A stretch of DNA of 64,000 bases from Callorhinchus milii (taxonomy: Eukaryota). The position numbers and the translations under genes were made by a program. The notes beneath the pieces were generated by a model. That model was not told the DNA's origin. It did not search any database and saw only the letters and a program-made list of their open reading frames with translations. Of the stretch, positions 13,880 through 27,030 are shown in pieces; position 1 is the stretch's first letter; each line of letters starts with the position of its first letter. The stretch lies in assembly GCF_018977255.1 (NCBI RefSeq), contig NW_024704743.1, forward strand, positions 35,218,001 to 35,282,000. The letters run 5' to 3'.

Positions 13880-14559
13880 ACGATATACTCCAAGATATAC
13901 TTTCTTTAATACATTTGACAAACATTGGCTGTGAAGCATCTTTTTTTCTTATGCAACTTAAAAATTAATCCTATTTTATGTGGAGTTACACCCTTAACAT
14001 ACAATTAATTCACTTTACAGTATATTCTGTGAAGCGCTTTGAGATGTCTAGAAGATGTGATAAGGCCCTATATCAAATGCAAAGATTATTATTATTTGTT
14101 TGGTAAATGTGTGTTGCTGTGATTGGTGTATTTTAAGTGCACTGTTTTCTGATCAGCTCTGGAGATTCTTTTACCACAGTTAATTATAAAATCTATTTCC
14201 TACTCACTTATTTTTTAATGAATATATAGTACAATATTGCAGAAAATGAAAATTAGCTGGGATAGTAACTAACTAAAACTGTCTTCTACCTGGAAGTTAT
14301 GCCATGCAATAGAACAGGAAGCAGGATTTATACTTCCTGTGCCGATTGCATACAGCTGGAATTGATGATAGCTATGAGCACAAACAGTGTACAGGTAAAT
14401 CTCTGCTAGTTAATCTTTCAACATTATCAGTTATTAAATAGACAATCCTCTTGCATTTCTCAGATTTTTTAAAGATCATTTTTGAGTGACGGCTGAACAA
14501 ATGCAAGTGGTGTGAATGGATGTCCATTAACGTATTAATGGCGATATTTTCAGATTAGT

Positions 14560-15260
14560 GAAGGTATGATAGTTATCAACTAGATATTACCAATAATATT
14601 GCTAAAGTGCGAGGTGGGGAGTGCCATGTTGCTGTACCACTTTAATGAGTTGTGAAAGGTTGTTTGTGTTGCAGTGCTGCTCATATTCTGAATGCAGTCA
14701 GGTATGAGAGACGTGTTGACATAACTGATACTGTATGTTACAATTTTGTGGTAGGCTGAGTGGAAGAACAGTAAAAAAAAATGATAACAGAAATCTTTAT
14801 TTTCCAAATACTGCTTGTCACTGGTTTGCTTGCGAAAGGAAAATGATCTCTGCTGGATCATCTGTTTTTCGAGTAGGTTTTGACCACTCTGAAGTGTCTG
14901 AAGACTGAAGGTCAGAAACATGATTGATTGGATGATTATAAGCCCCCTACCTCACCTCCCGACAAATTGGAAATAACAGGGCTGCCAGGGGCAGGAGAAA
15001 CCACATTGGGTTGAATCTCATCAGCATATAAAAGTTGTTTAATCGGCAAAAAAGATGCCAGATCCTTAATTAAACCAATGGTCACAGCAACAGTGACAAG
15101 CACGAATGACATTAGCACAGAGTCCAGTGATTTCTAAGCAAGGGCACTCCTGCTGGACTTGACAAGTGGATCTTCGGAGAGATTCTGAGGGACTTGACAA
15201 ATGTGTTTTGCTAAATTGCTGCACGCTGCTCAGGCCACGCAATGATCACTTTTGAGCTGA
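14560..15260 (-). mobile_element. Highly degenerate LINE RT remnant (probably L2)
   Basis: Minus-strand ORF contains LLYADEIQ (YADD-like); surrounding sequence is weakly L2-like. Confidence 0.45.
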
Positions 15261-17368
15261 ATCTTACTATGAGTGATTACTTGCCCTCCTTTTGATAACT
15301 TTTCCTTTAATGTGCTTGGCTTGGTTATGCAGTGTGTAGTTCACTTGTTCTCTTCCAATATAAACAATGATACAGTGACTTGCTCACAAGGTGAACCTCA
15401 AATGTCCAGACAGTGTGCCGCGTTTTCTCTACATGCCGCAGATGTTTCAATGTGACCCTTTTTAAATTACTGAGTTCTTTCCGAGAACAATTTTTCTCCT
15501 TCACTTCCCTAGTCCATTTGTATTTCCCTCTTCAGATGTTAATAAGACAGTTTTGGCAGATCAAGGAATACAAATGGATTAGGGAAGCGAAAGAGAAAAA
15601 AATGTTCTCGCAAAGAACTTCAAATTGAATCACAGGATCCCAGTTGCTCGGTGTTCTTGACTTCCTGTTTGCTGTTAATGATCGGGCCATTGGAATGTAA
15701 AGCTTTGGAATTTGGTCACCTATCACAAACGATGAAAATAAATTGCCCTTTTTCAATTGGCAGAGAGGTTTCTGTGCAAGAATATAGCAGTGATGGAAAG
15801 AGTACAGTGTAGGTTTCCTAGGATGATATGAGGGCTGTCAGTTTATTGGTATCAGGATAGACTGGGTAGGTCAGGATTCTTGCCTTTGCATCAGAATATT
15901 GTGCCTACCGTCAGGACTTCAAACCCATTGAAGTGCAGTGCTGGGGGAGCACTGTGATCTTTTATCATTGTACAGTGCTGTGGGAGCAGTGTGAGGTGCT
16001 ATCATTTGAGTGGGAAGTAAACCGAAGCTACACTGGCCAGTTCACTTTGATCTTTGTACAGTGAGGAATAGAGTCACATGGACTATTGGCTACTGCCAAT
16101 TTTACCTTGTAATGAAATGCAGTTGTAACAGGTTGAATAAACCATCACATTTTCCATTTCTTTAAGTGAAATGTACAATTTCCAAGAGTTGCTCTCTCTA
16201 GTTACTGGGCTGAGAACAGATGAATATTGATCAGATTGTGGCACAGAGGTTTAATTCGCTCCTTCCATCACCTTGTTTGCTTCTTCCCTCACCTTGTTCA
16301 AGGCCCATCTCAAGATGTAGCTCTTTGATTGCCCTTTCAGTCAACTTTCCCCTCCTCACCTCGGCTTCCACCCCAGCTCGGGTACCCTACAAACAGTGTC
16401 AAGCACTTGCAGTAAACCAGCCTCTCGACTCGAAAGGTGTTATATAAATGTATTTTTTTATTGTATTAACTCATGGGTCACCCTGAACTGGAACTCCCAG
16501 CTGAGTGTCTGCTTAAGGGGCTCTGTTGGTTAAATTACTTGTCCTCATTATCAAGTTAACCATTGTTTTCCTTCCAGTGATTTCATTACCTTGCATTCAA
16601 ATCTATAAAATTGACTAGGACCAGACCACAATAAACCAGAGATATTGACTGGCTTTAATTTCATAGCAATACCCCTTGATTTTTGTCTCCTGAGATTTTG
16701 CTCCATTTTACAATCCCAATACTAGCTGTGGTAATCTTGCAAATGAAGAAACAATGTTAAATTTTCAATGCAGTCTTTAGAATTTCTGAAGCCTTTTTCA
16801 GAAGGATTTGTTTTTCTGCCTCGTCCTACGATTTGTTTGAGCTCTAGCAATTGTCAAAACTGGTGAAATGCGTTGATCATTCCCTCAATTATTTGACCAT
16901 TGTGGACAGAGCTTAAACAGGCAGACTGTGTGGATTTTCAGTGCTTCCACAATACATTCTTCACATCTAGTCTCTTGTTCTTGCTCTATCTGTGAACATT
17001 AAAGGCACATGATGGGATTTTGTGGTTGTTGAAGTCTCACTTCCAAGTTTAAAACTACATTATGGATGCTCCATTGTCGAAAAGTAGGCAAAAATCTTAT
17101 AATTGCTTTGATATTTAACATTGTTTCTTCAATTGGAAGATTGCAACAGGCAGTATTGAGATTGCATAATGGGCAAAAATCACAGAAAAAAATCAAAGCC
17201 ACTCTATCAGTATTCAAATAATTTTTCTAATGCAAAATGTTCCTATACAGGTATTTCTAGATGACCGTTTCTGTTCTTTATGTGAAGCAACAGTAGATTC
17301 ATTCCTTTTGGAGAGCTAGATGTACATTCAGATACAACATTTAGTACACAGTCTTTCCATCTTAATTC

Positions 17369-17803
17369 CAATAACAACAATAACAACAACTTGGATTTAT
17401 ATAGCGCTCTCCACGCCGGGCGGTGCTTCAGAGCGCTTTACAGTAACGGATCCCGGGATTGAATCAGGGAGAGGGGGGGGAAGTTGACCAAAGGCGCAGT
17501 CGAAAAGAAATGTCTTCAGCAAAGACCTGAAAATGGGAAGCGAGGGAGCGAGACAAAGGGAGTGAGGAAGGCAGTTCCAGAGCCTCGGGGCGTAGTGGCT
17601 GAAGGCACAGCCGCCGAGGGTGGAGCGGAGGACTCGGGGGAGGAGGCCAGACGCGGAGGAAGAGAGGTGGGGGGGTGCAGAGGATTGCAGGGACTTAAAT
17701 ACAAGAGTGAGGCTCTTGAAATCGACTCTCTCTGGGACAGGCAGCCAATGCAGTCTGGCAAGGACTGGGGTGATCAGGGAGCAGAGTTTCGTACGTGTGA
17801 GAA
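17369..17803 (-). mobile_element. L2 3' end
   Basis: ITPVLARLHWLPVPERVDFK...AFSHYAPRLWNCLP...LKTFLF; (TTG)n tail. Confidence 0.9.
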
Positions 17804-18037
17804 TAATGGATTTGCACATGATTATTTCTGCTAAGAATCCAACTCAGACAACTTGTACTCGAGAAGGTTGAGCCCTAAAACTGAGGTCGTGCCTGCCAGT
17901 TTTGTGGTACTTTTCAAGTGCATAATAATAATAATAATCGTTGCATTTAATATAGTGCTTTTCACTTCTTCTAGATGTCTCAAAGCGTTTCACAGAATAT
18001 GCTGTAAAGTGAATTGACTGTACATTTGTGGGTGAAA

Positions 18038-18366
18038 CATGTTGGGAGGGAGAGGCTTTTAAGGGCTAACAGAGAGGGGGGAGGCAGGGCAAGGAAGACA
18101 AAGGAGAAAATAGGGTAGAGGACAGGGGATGTGGGTTAAAGAGGTGTTAATGTTGCAAAACAAAGGGGCGGGTTGCAACAAAATGTTAATACAGCAGAAC
18201 AAGGGGGGGGAAATATTTCCCTTTTAGCCCTTAAAAGCCTCTCCCTCCCAACATGCCCCAGTTCTGACGAAGGGTCGTGGACCCAAAACGTTGACTCACT
18301 TTCCTTTCTCTATAGATGCTGCCTGACCTGCTGAGTGTTCGCAGCAACTTCTGTTTTTGTTTTTTG
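18038..18366 (+). mobile_element. Penelope-like element terminus with a perfect 32 bp inverted repeat and a hammerhead-like motif
   Basis: IR 18038-18069 / 18224-18255, followed by agttctgacgaagggtcgtggacccaaaacgttgactc...gatgctgcctgacctgctgagtgttc. The Penelope assignment is inference from the motif and architecture. Confidence 0.7.
18260..18296 (+). ncRNA. Minimal hammerhead ribozyme-like motif, probably inactive (GAAA mutated to AAAA)
   Basis: AGTT-CTGACGA(A)-GGGTC-gtg-GACCC-aAAAC-GTT-GACT. Confidence 0.55.
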
Positions 18367-18639
18367 AGTTTTGTATACATTGAATGAAACTGGTTATATT
18401 ATTGTACTCCTGAAGTAATGTGAAAAATGTAAAATACATCTAGTTTTGTTTTTATTGTGTAACCAAAATGCTACTAAAATTCTCCAGGATCTAACCTTTA
18501 AGTAATGAAATCAGTGGCTGTGTCTTAACACGAAATGTGTAGCAAAGCATCAGAGCAGATGCTATATTACATTCAGTGTTCAGGGGTCTGCAAGGACTGT
18601 TGAGTAACCTGGAATTGAGTGAACACTGATGCTCCAGTA

Positions 18640-19830
18640 ATCATTGTACAGTAAGATTTGGCACTATTAACCGTTAAGCCCAAAAGAAATACAGAGATGC
18701 GTGACTTTAGAAATGCAAATTTTGAAGCTGTGAAAGGATCTCTGGGGAGGATTGAGTGGGAAGCAGAACTAGAAACTAAAACCAAAGTAAAATGGAATTC
18801 TTTTGAGACCATTTTAAAGAAGCTGGCAGGACAATACATTTTTCCTTGGGGGAAAAAAAAGAAATTTAACAAGATCAAGTCAAGAATGGCTGAAAGAGGA
18901 AGTAAAAACAAACCTAAAGGTTAACCAAAAATATTTTAAGATACAAGGAAACTAAATGTACTGATGACTAGGTCTTGTGTGTAAAAAGCAGTATGACAGT
19001 GTATCTGAGGAAGTAAGAGCAATAGAAAAACAGATTGCAGACAGCATCCAGCAATGTATTTTTTTGTTAGTTTTGGTACCAGTAGATGGCGTGCTAAAGA
19101 CTATACAGAGCCTTAAACCACAGTGATAAATGAAGTATAGGTTCAGTGGAAGATCAGACGATACAACAACATATTACATTTATATAGCCCCTTTAATGTC
19201 GGGAGGATGCCCAATATGTTTTTCGTATCATTGTCTACAAGTGAAGAGTGGTCAAATTTAAGATCGAGTAGATAGCAGTAGAGCTTGTGTTAGGAAGAGC
19301 ATTGTGTGAAACTCAAAACATTACAATTGCTGCAAGGGAACAGGGCTAGGCTGGATATACTCAAGGATTCTCAAGAAAATGTGAGAGAAATGAGTGAGCC
19401 TTTGGTTAGTGATTTTAAGAACTCTGTAAACGATGGAGCAGTACTGGAGGATAGTAAATGTTCTCCTGATATACAACAACAGTGACACATGAGCCTGTCT
19501 GTTTATAAACCAGTTAGCTTGATTCTGTGTGATGTGGAAAAGTTCTACAAAAAGCTATTTGGGAGCATCTAAACAGCACAAGCACTGAAAGGAGCAGTCA
19601 ACAATGATTCAGAAGCAATAGATCATGCCAAGTGGATATACTGGAATTCTTTGAGGAAGTTACTCAATGCACTATCCAGTAGGTATAATATACTTAGATT
19701 TTCAGAAGGCATTTGACAAAGTTCCACATCTGAGACTCGTAAAGAAGGAAGACAGTTCATTTGTTTTGAAAAGAGAGTCAGTAATATGAGGGTGATGATC
19801 TTAGCAAATCTGAGAGCTCCACAGGGACCT
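18640..19830 (+). mobile_element. Old CR1 ORF2 remnant
   Basis: DFRNANFE; tacttagattttcagaaggcatttgacaaagttccacat encodes YLDFQKAFDKVPH. Confidence 0.8.
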
Positions 19831-20828
19831 TTCCTGAGTATAAAACAGAGCCTACTTTATTTGGTTAATTTTGATCTCTTGTTGTAGCCACAACGAAGAG
19901 GAAACGGGTGTTTTGAATTAAAACATTCAATATATTCTGTTGTATACAGTCCAGAGCAGAAGTGCTGTAGTTGTATGAAAATGATTCTTGATGCTATCAC
20001 ACGGATTGGACTCTGCAGTTCGTAATTACACAGGGCTGGATGCTTGGCGAATGTTTTACACAGCAGTAATCAGATCAGGGTTCAGATGTCATAACCCAGG
20101 AGCATGAAGCTCAAGTTGTTAAATGACAGCCACCTGGGCCCAGAGGAATAGATCTTCTTTTGGGTGACTGCACGTGTCAGTCTGAATTGAAGTGGTTTTA
20201 TGTCATTATTGTCCAATAGCAGTGATAGTGAAAGATTATTGTCTTGGGATCAAAAGAGAGGTTTGGATGAAGAAGGCCATTTGATTTAATCTTTCCAGAA
20301 TAACAACTCATATTTCCATTATATCATCAAACTGTTTCACAAGTGCTCTGGCTTCAACCACCCTTCCAGCTCTTGATTATCCTCTGGCTTATTTGGGTTT
20401 ATCCTAACCTTGTTCTTCACAGTCTTGAACTATGCCCTTATGTCTTGCTTTCTTAGCACATCTGAAAGTATTGTTCTGAGACTACTTTATCTAATGATAT
20501 TTTTCATCATTTTATAGCTCATTCCATTGTGTCAGACACAGACTAACCTCCCCAAAACATTCCTTTAACAACAGCTTGTATTTATACAGCGCCCTTCATG
20601 TAGGGTGAACTTAGAGCTCTTGGGAGTACCAGAGATTGGTGACATAGTAGCTGTAGGCTCAGCCACTGATGTCTGTGTTGAGGGGGGCGGGGGTTGCACA
20701 GCAGCTCCATGTTAGCTAAACAGAAGGAATAAGCAGAGAAGTGGGGTAGAGAAGATGATAGGGATAAGGAGACCCTAGGGCTTGAAAGGATTTATAGGGG
20801 AGGGTGAGGAACTTGAAGTTGATCAGAG

Positions 20829-22265
20829 ATGGCGCTTGTCAAAGTCACAAATGACATCCTCTTTATCTGTGACCATTGCTCCCTCTGCCTCCTCATCCTC
20901 TTGGATCTCTCTGCCGCATTTGACACAATCGACCATGCCATCCTCCTACACCGCATCTCCTCCTTCAGTCACCTTAGTGGGATCGTACTCGCATGGTTTG
21001 AGCCTTCTTAACTAACCACCTCCATTTCATCTTGGCAAATGGGTTCTCCTCCCGTCTCTGCCCGGTAACCTGCGGGGTAACCCAGGGCTCCTCCACACTT
21101 GGTCCTCTTCTTTTCATTATCTATATGCTCCCTCTGGACGATGTCATCTACAGACACAGGGTAAACTTCCACATGTATATGGATTACACACAAATCTACT
21201 TTGCCTCCTCCAGTACCAACTCCCAAGTCTGCCGATGTTCTATCAGCTTGTCTGGCAGACATCAGGGCTTCAATGAGTGCAAACTTCCTGCAGCTGAATG
21301 TGAACAAGATGGAAGCCATACTCCTTGGCTCCCATTAACGTCTTCACTGCTGCAGATCTGAACTCCTCAAACTCCCTGGGCTCTCCCTCACACTCACCTA
21401 ACTAGTGTGCAATCTAGGCATCCGTTTCGACCCCCAGCCGTCCTTCCTCCTCCACATCCGGTCCCTGACCAGTACTGCCTTCTTCCACCTCCGTCACATT
21501 GCCCAGCATACCTGACCCCAAATGCAGCCAAAACCCTTGTGCCTCACCTCCCGCCGAGATTACTCAAACGCACTCCTCGCTGGTCTCCCCAGCTCCACTA
21601 TTCAAAAGACCCAGCTCATTCAGAACTTTGCCGCCCGCATACCAACCTGGACCAAGCTCCGTACCCACTTCCCACCAGTTCTGGTGAGGCTCAACTGGCT
21701 CCCCATCACCAAACTGATCGATTTCAAGATCCTCACATTCGTGTTCAAATCCCTTAAAATCTGGCACTTCCCTATCTCTCCGATCTCCTCACTCCCCAAT
21801 CCACCACCCGGCATCTCCACTCGACTGGCACTGGCCTCCTGCTCGTCCCTCGCACCCTCGGCCCTACCATCGGTTCAAGACTGTGAAGAACAAGGTTAGG
21901 ACACACCCAAATACGTTTTCTTTGTACAGAGGATAATCAAGAGATGGAAGGGTTGTTGAGGCCAGAGCACTTGTGAAACAGTTTAATGCTGTAATGGAAA
22001 CATGAGTTGTAATTCTGGAAAGCTGAAATCAAATGGCCTTCTTCAGCCACTACGCCCTAAAATCTGGAACACTTTCCCTCAATCCCTCCATCTTGCTCCC
22101 TCCCTCCCCTTTTTCAAATCCCGCCTGAAAACCTTTCTTTTCAACCCTGCTTACAGCCACCTCCGTCCCCCCCGTCCCCGACTTGGAGTCAGGCTCTGCC
22201 ACTGTTAAGCACTCTGAGACGCAACCCTGCATGGAGGGCGCTATACAAGTGCAAGTTGTTGCTGT
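20829..22265 (+). mobile_element. L2-clade LINE, RT domain to 3' end, frameshifted
   Basis: [10 protein letters not shown]...[54 protein letters not shown]; tail gggcgctatacaagtgcaagttgttg. About 165 bp of CR1-like sequence interrupts it at 21876-22040. Confidence 0.92.
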
Positions 22266-22359
22266 TGATTTGTTGGGAGATGGGGAGCCAACAAAGCCTG
22301 GTGAAGTCTGAGGTGAAGGGAGTGTGCAGTTTGGTAGAATTGAGAACATGGGTGGCTGA

Positions 22360-22610
22360 CTAATAATAAATAATGCTTGCATTGATATTGTACTTGTCAC
22401 GTCACGGAAGCATCTGATAGTGCTTTACAGGATTCACTGCAAAATGTATATTTTTTTATAGGTGAATGTGCAGCCAATATACGCACAGCAATGTCCCACA
22501 AACAACCATGGAGTGATTGACCAATTTTACCCGGGGGATTGTTGGCCAGGACACCAGGAGAAACTCCCTTCTCTTTTCGAATAGTGCCAGAGGATCTTTA
22601 AAGGTCCTTC
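22360..22610 (-). mobile_element. DeuSINE 3' half
   Basis: ttggccaggacaccaggagaaactcc...cgaatagtgccagaggatctttaa. Confidence 0.78.
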
Positions 22611-22749
22611 TGGATAGTTCGCAAACGAGCAAATAGGGAGGTTAGGAGAATTTTTTTCATCCACTTTTTTTACTTAGGAGATGGAATGCTCTGCCCCTAG
22701 GATTGAGGTAGAATCCATGTTAGCTTCAAACGGTAACCAGATAAATACA

Positions 22750-23040
22750 ATACAAAATTACATTTGTAAAACGCCTTTCACGTCAGGAGGATGTCCCAAG
22801 GTGCTGGACAGTCAGGGATTTGGACCCGAGGAGGAGGATGTTGGGATCAGGGAGGGTGGATGGCAGGGAGGGTAGGAAGGTGACCGAAGGCGCAGTCAAA
22901 GTGGGGGGGGGGCCTTGAGATGTGCCTTGAAAGAGACAAGGGAGGGAACGAGGTGAGGGAAATGTGGAATGAAGTTCCAAAGCGTGGGGGCAGAGAGGCT
23001 GAAGGCCTAACCGCCAGTGATGGGGGAAGCCATGCGGGGG
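22750..23040 (-). mobile_element. L2 3' end abutting a CR1
   Basis: cgcctttcacgtcaggaggatgtcccaagg tail and gaggctgaaggcctaaccgccagtgatgg. Confidence 0.8.
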
Positions 23041-23045
23041 ATATA

Positions 23046-24230
23046 ATAGAATCATACAATTATACAGCACAGAAGGAGACCATTCGGCCCATCGTGTATG
23101 TGCCGGCTCTTTGAAAAGAGCTGTCCAAATCAATCCCACTCCCCCACTCTCTCCCCATAGCTCTTTAAACTTGTCCTCCCCAAATAATTATCTACTTCTC
23201 TTTTAAAAGTTGTTATCGAATCGGCTTCCACCACCCTTTCAGGTAATGCATTCCAGATCCGAACAACTCGCTGTGTGAAAAAAATTCTCCTCCCCTCCCC
23301 TCTGTTTCTTTTAACAACTATTTTAAATCGGTGTCCTCGGGTTACCGACCCACTTGCCAGTGGAAGTAGTTTCTCCTTGTTCACCCTTTTGAATCCCCTC
23401 ATAATTTTTAAAATTTCTACTAAGTCTCTTCTTAACCTTCTCTGCTCCAAGGAGAATAATCCTAGCTTCTCTCGCCTCTCCTGATAACTGAAGTCCCTCA
23501 TTCCTGGTAAATCTCCTTTGCACCCTCTCCAAAGCCTTGACATCCTTCCTAAAGTGTGGTGCCCAGAACTGAACACAGTACTCCAGCTGAAGCCTAACCA
23601 GTGTTTTATAAAGGTTCATCATAACTTCCCGACTTTTGTATTCTATGCCCCTATTTATAAAGCCTAGTATCCCCGTATGCTTTCTTTTAACAGCTTTATC
23701 TGCCTGTTCTGCCACCTTCAAAGATTTATTTATATGAACCCCCAGGTCTCTCTGTTCCTTCACCCCCTGTAAGATTGTCCCATCAGCTTATATTGCCTCT
23801 CCTCATTCTTCCTCCCAAAATGCATCACTTTGCATTTCTCCACATTAAACTTCATCTGCCACATGTCTGCTCATTTTACCAGTCTGTCTATGTCTTGCAG
23901 TCTGCTACTATCCTCCTCACTGTTTACTACTTTTCCTAGCTTACTATCATCTGCAAACTTGGAAATTGTACTCCCTATACCCAAGTCATTTATATAGATC
24001 AAAAACAGCAGTGGTCCTGAGGGACACCACTGCACATTTCCCTCCAGTTAGAAAAACAACCGTTCATCACCACTCTCTGCTGCCTGTCTCCCAGTCAGAT
24101 GTGTATTCATGCTGCCACTGTCTCTTTAATACTGTGGGCTTCTATTTTGCTTACAAGTCTCTTATGTGGCACTTGATCAAATGCCTTTTAAAAATCCATA
24201 TAAACTACATCAACTGCATTATCTTCATCC
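23046..24230 (-). mobile_element. CR1 LINE 3' ~1.2 kb (RT C-terminus and 3'UTR)
   Basis: QRDLGVHINKSLK...LYKTLVRLQLEYCVQFWAPHFRKDVKALERVQRRFTR; LGLFSLEQRRLRRDL...FFTQRVVRIWNALP; ATTCTAT-type tail. Confidence 0.95.
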
Positions 24231-24297
24231 GCCATTTCCGTGGACATGATGGGTCGAATGGTGTTTTGTGCTGTGAATTTCTATGGATCTATGGATT

Positions 24298-24467
24298 GGC
24301 AGACAGGACCTTGGTTTAATGACTTATCTGGAGGACACACCTCTGATGGTGCAGTGTACCCCCAGCATTGGGAGTGTCAGCCTAGACTGAGTTCTAAGAC
24401 CTGAAGTGGGGCTTGAACCCCCAACTTTCAGAGAAGAGAATATCACTAACTGAGCCAGGCTGACACC
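24298..24467 (-). mobile_element. DeuSINE 5' half
   Basis: gtggggcttgaaccc...actaactgagccaggctgacacc. Confidence 0.75.
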
Positions 24468-24469
24468 AA

Positions 24470-25080
24470 GTTTTGGATTAGTTGGAGTTTTATGGAAGGT
24501 GGATCTGGGGAGACGAGTGAAGAGTGATTTTGAAAACAACAACAAAAAAAAGGTTAGGAGGGAAGGAACAAAAGTTTTGGCGCTTTTTGTTGTAAGATAG
24601 GGACAGAGACAGGCAATGTGGAGAAGGAGAAGAAAAGCAGCCTTGGTCAAGACCAAATATGAGAGAGATAGTAGTGCTGAGGATCGAACCAGATTGATCC
24701 GAAGAGGCTTGAGCAGAGAGTGGAGGGATCATGGTTGAGTGGAAACATGCTTTCCAAGATTTTGGATAGGAAGGACTGGTTGGAGATGGGCCAATAGTTG
24801 GAGAGTTTGGACAGATTGAGGGTAGGTTTTTTGAAGAAGGTAGGTGACTATGGTGTTTTTGAAGGGTGGGGAGGAACAATGCCAGAATTGCAAGACAGGT
24901 TGACAAAAGTTACCAGCAGAGGAAGGAGGAGGGGTGATTAGGTGATCATCAGCTTTGTGGTGGTAGGTTTCATTTGAGTTATGAGGATGGAAAAGGATAA
25001 GAGAAACATGGAGGTAAGAGTGTAATGTGGAGACAGTGAGGTAGTCATGGGATGGAGTGGAGGGAAGGGAGGAGGAAGAA
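24470..25080 (-). mobile_element. Degenerate L2 fragment
   Basis: ggagatgggccaatagttggagag (NY.PIS-like) and ggaagaaaagcagccttggtc. Confidence 0.65.
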
Positions 25081-25557
25081 GATGCAGCAAGTCTGATATT
25101 ATCATTTTTTCTCACAAGGAAAATAATGATCTAATTGCATTTGTATCAGAGGTAAGGGCAAGACTGAGAATTTTAAAGGAATAACCTCTCTTTGCTCTTC
25201 TATGTACTGCCTCTTGAGTTTGAACAATTTCTTTATGTTGTATTGATCAGAACTTCAAGTGTTCTGTACACGTGTCCTGATCAGAGCACTGTATCGCTTC
25301 AACATGACTTCTGGGGAATTGTCTCAATTGATTTGCTAACACTGTATGCTAACACTGTTTATACTTTTGTGTTCACTGTTTTGACGTCCAGAATGACAAG
25401 TCTAACGCTCCAGATCACTTTCATTTCTCCCAAAAAGTACATGTGCCTCTTAGTTTTATATCCAATATGCAGCACTTACCAGGAAACTGTGAATCCAAGT
25501 AATTAATGTATACAAGAAACAGCAGGAGCTTCTGGCTTGGTTCCTGAGGCATGTCTA

Positions 25558-25808
25558 ATAAATAATAAATAATCCTGACATTTGGTGTAGGGTCTTTCAC
25601 ATTGGAAGGACATCCCAAAATGGTTCACTGGACATGCTGTAAAATATTGTGACTGTATTTTTGATGGATGAATACAGCAGCCAAATTGCACACACAGAAT
25701 GGGTGACCCATTTTTTGGAGGAAGGATCATTGTCAGGGACACCAGGAGAAACTTCTTTCTCTTTCGAATAGTGCCATGGGATCTTTAACGTCTGCTTGAA
25801 CAGGCAGA
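25558..25808 (-). mobile_element. DeuSINE 3' half
   Basis: cgaatagtgccatgggatctttaacgtctgcttgaacaggcagac. Confidence 0.78.
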
Positions 25809-27030
25809 CTTTCCTCCATTTTGTAGCATTAAAAAGGTTTTTAAAAATCTACCTTGTACGACTTCCCGCTGTCAATTTGGGCTGTCACCTCCTCAAAATA
25901 AAACTGAGATTTGTCAGACAATATCTATCCCCTTCCATATTGACTGCTGTTCATTGAGTTTTGTACTGATGATTGATTCCACTGGTTTCCCAATTATTGA
26001 GGTCAGATAAGCCTGAACATGGGAAGCACATTTACTAGTTTCCAATCATTCTGAACCTCCCCAGCTTATCTTGACTCTCTCAAAATAACTGTCATTCCTT
26101 CACAAATATTTTCTCCATTCTCACAGTAAATACCCTGGGAATATAGTTCATCCTTTCTGGGGTGATATTACCATTGAAAGTTTATTGAGGAATAATTTAC
26201 ATTTGCACATCAGGAATTCCTATTGAGGCATCAGATTTCAGTGCACAATACAGTAATTATGTGCATTTTTTAAATCTTTCAGTTAAAACAGAAGGTTTAC
26301 TGTTATCCACAGGAAGTGGAAGCACCTGTATCCGATGGTATAAAGATGCCCTTCAGGAGATGGGGTTTCTGGGGAGGATTGGTGCCTGTCATCTGGATGT
26401 GTTTTCAAGGTGAGTTCTATCAGTTGTGAACCAGGCTGCTGGGTAGAGAGGCACTCGTTTGCATTCTTTCCGTCTCTGAGGGAGGAAGCTTGTCGCTGTC
26501 GGTCTGGTGCTGCTCCAATTCTCCCTCCTGCCAGCTGATCAGAGTGGTATTGTTGGTGACTTTGTAGCTGTCTGTGGGTCAGGCTTATCTGGTCCTACCA
26601 TTCCAGTTTGAGAAAGATGCATGGTGACAAGTGTCCTCCAAGAAAATGGAGGGGATTTGGAAAGGCAGAATGGCCCTTTACACTTATTTGCTGAAATACG
26701 TTAGCCAGGATTGGCTTGTTGTTCACTGACACAGTACGCCACTGAGTGAAAGGTCCACCTGCTGTTCTTCCACGTGGTGAATGCACCTTGGAGTGGGGGG
26801 TGGGAGAGAAAAAAACACCAAGCATGCCTTAGGGGGTCAGCAGTGGTTGAGAACATTTTTTTAAAACAAGAGTAAAATATACAGTATCTTTAAAAATCGA
26901 TAGATCACATTGGGTAGATATAATGTTGTCATTTCAGTTAAACAGATTCTAGTATCTAGAGTTAAACTATTGAGTAATCACAAATGGCTGCTTCTGTCTA
27001 ATTGTGAAAAGATGGTGTATACCAGGTGTT

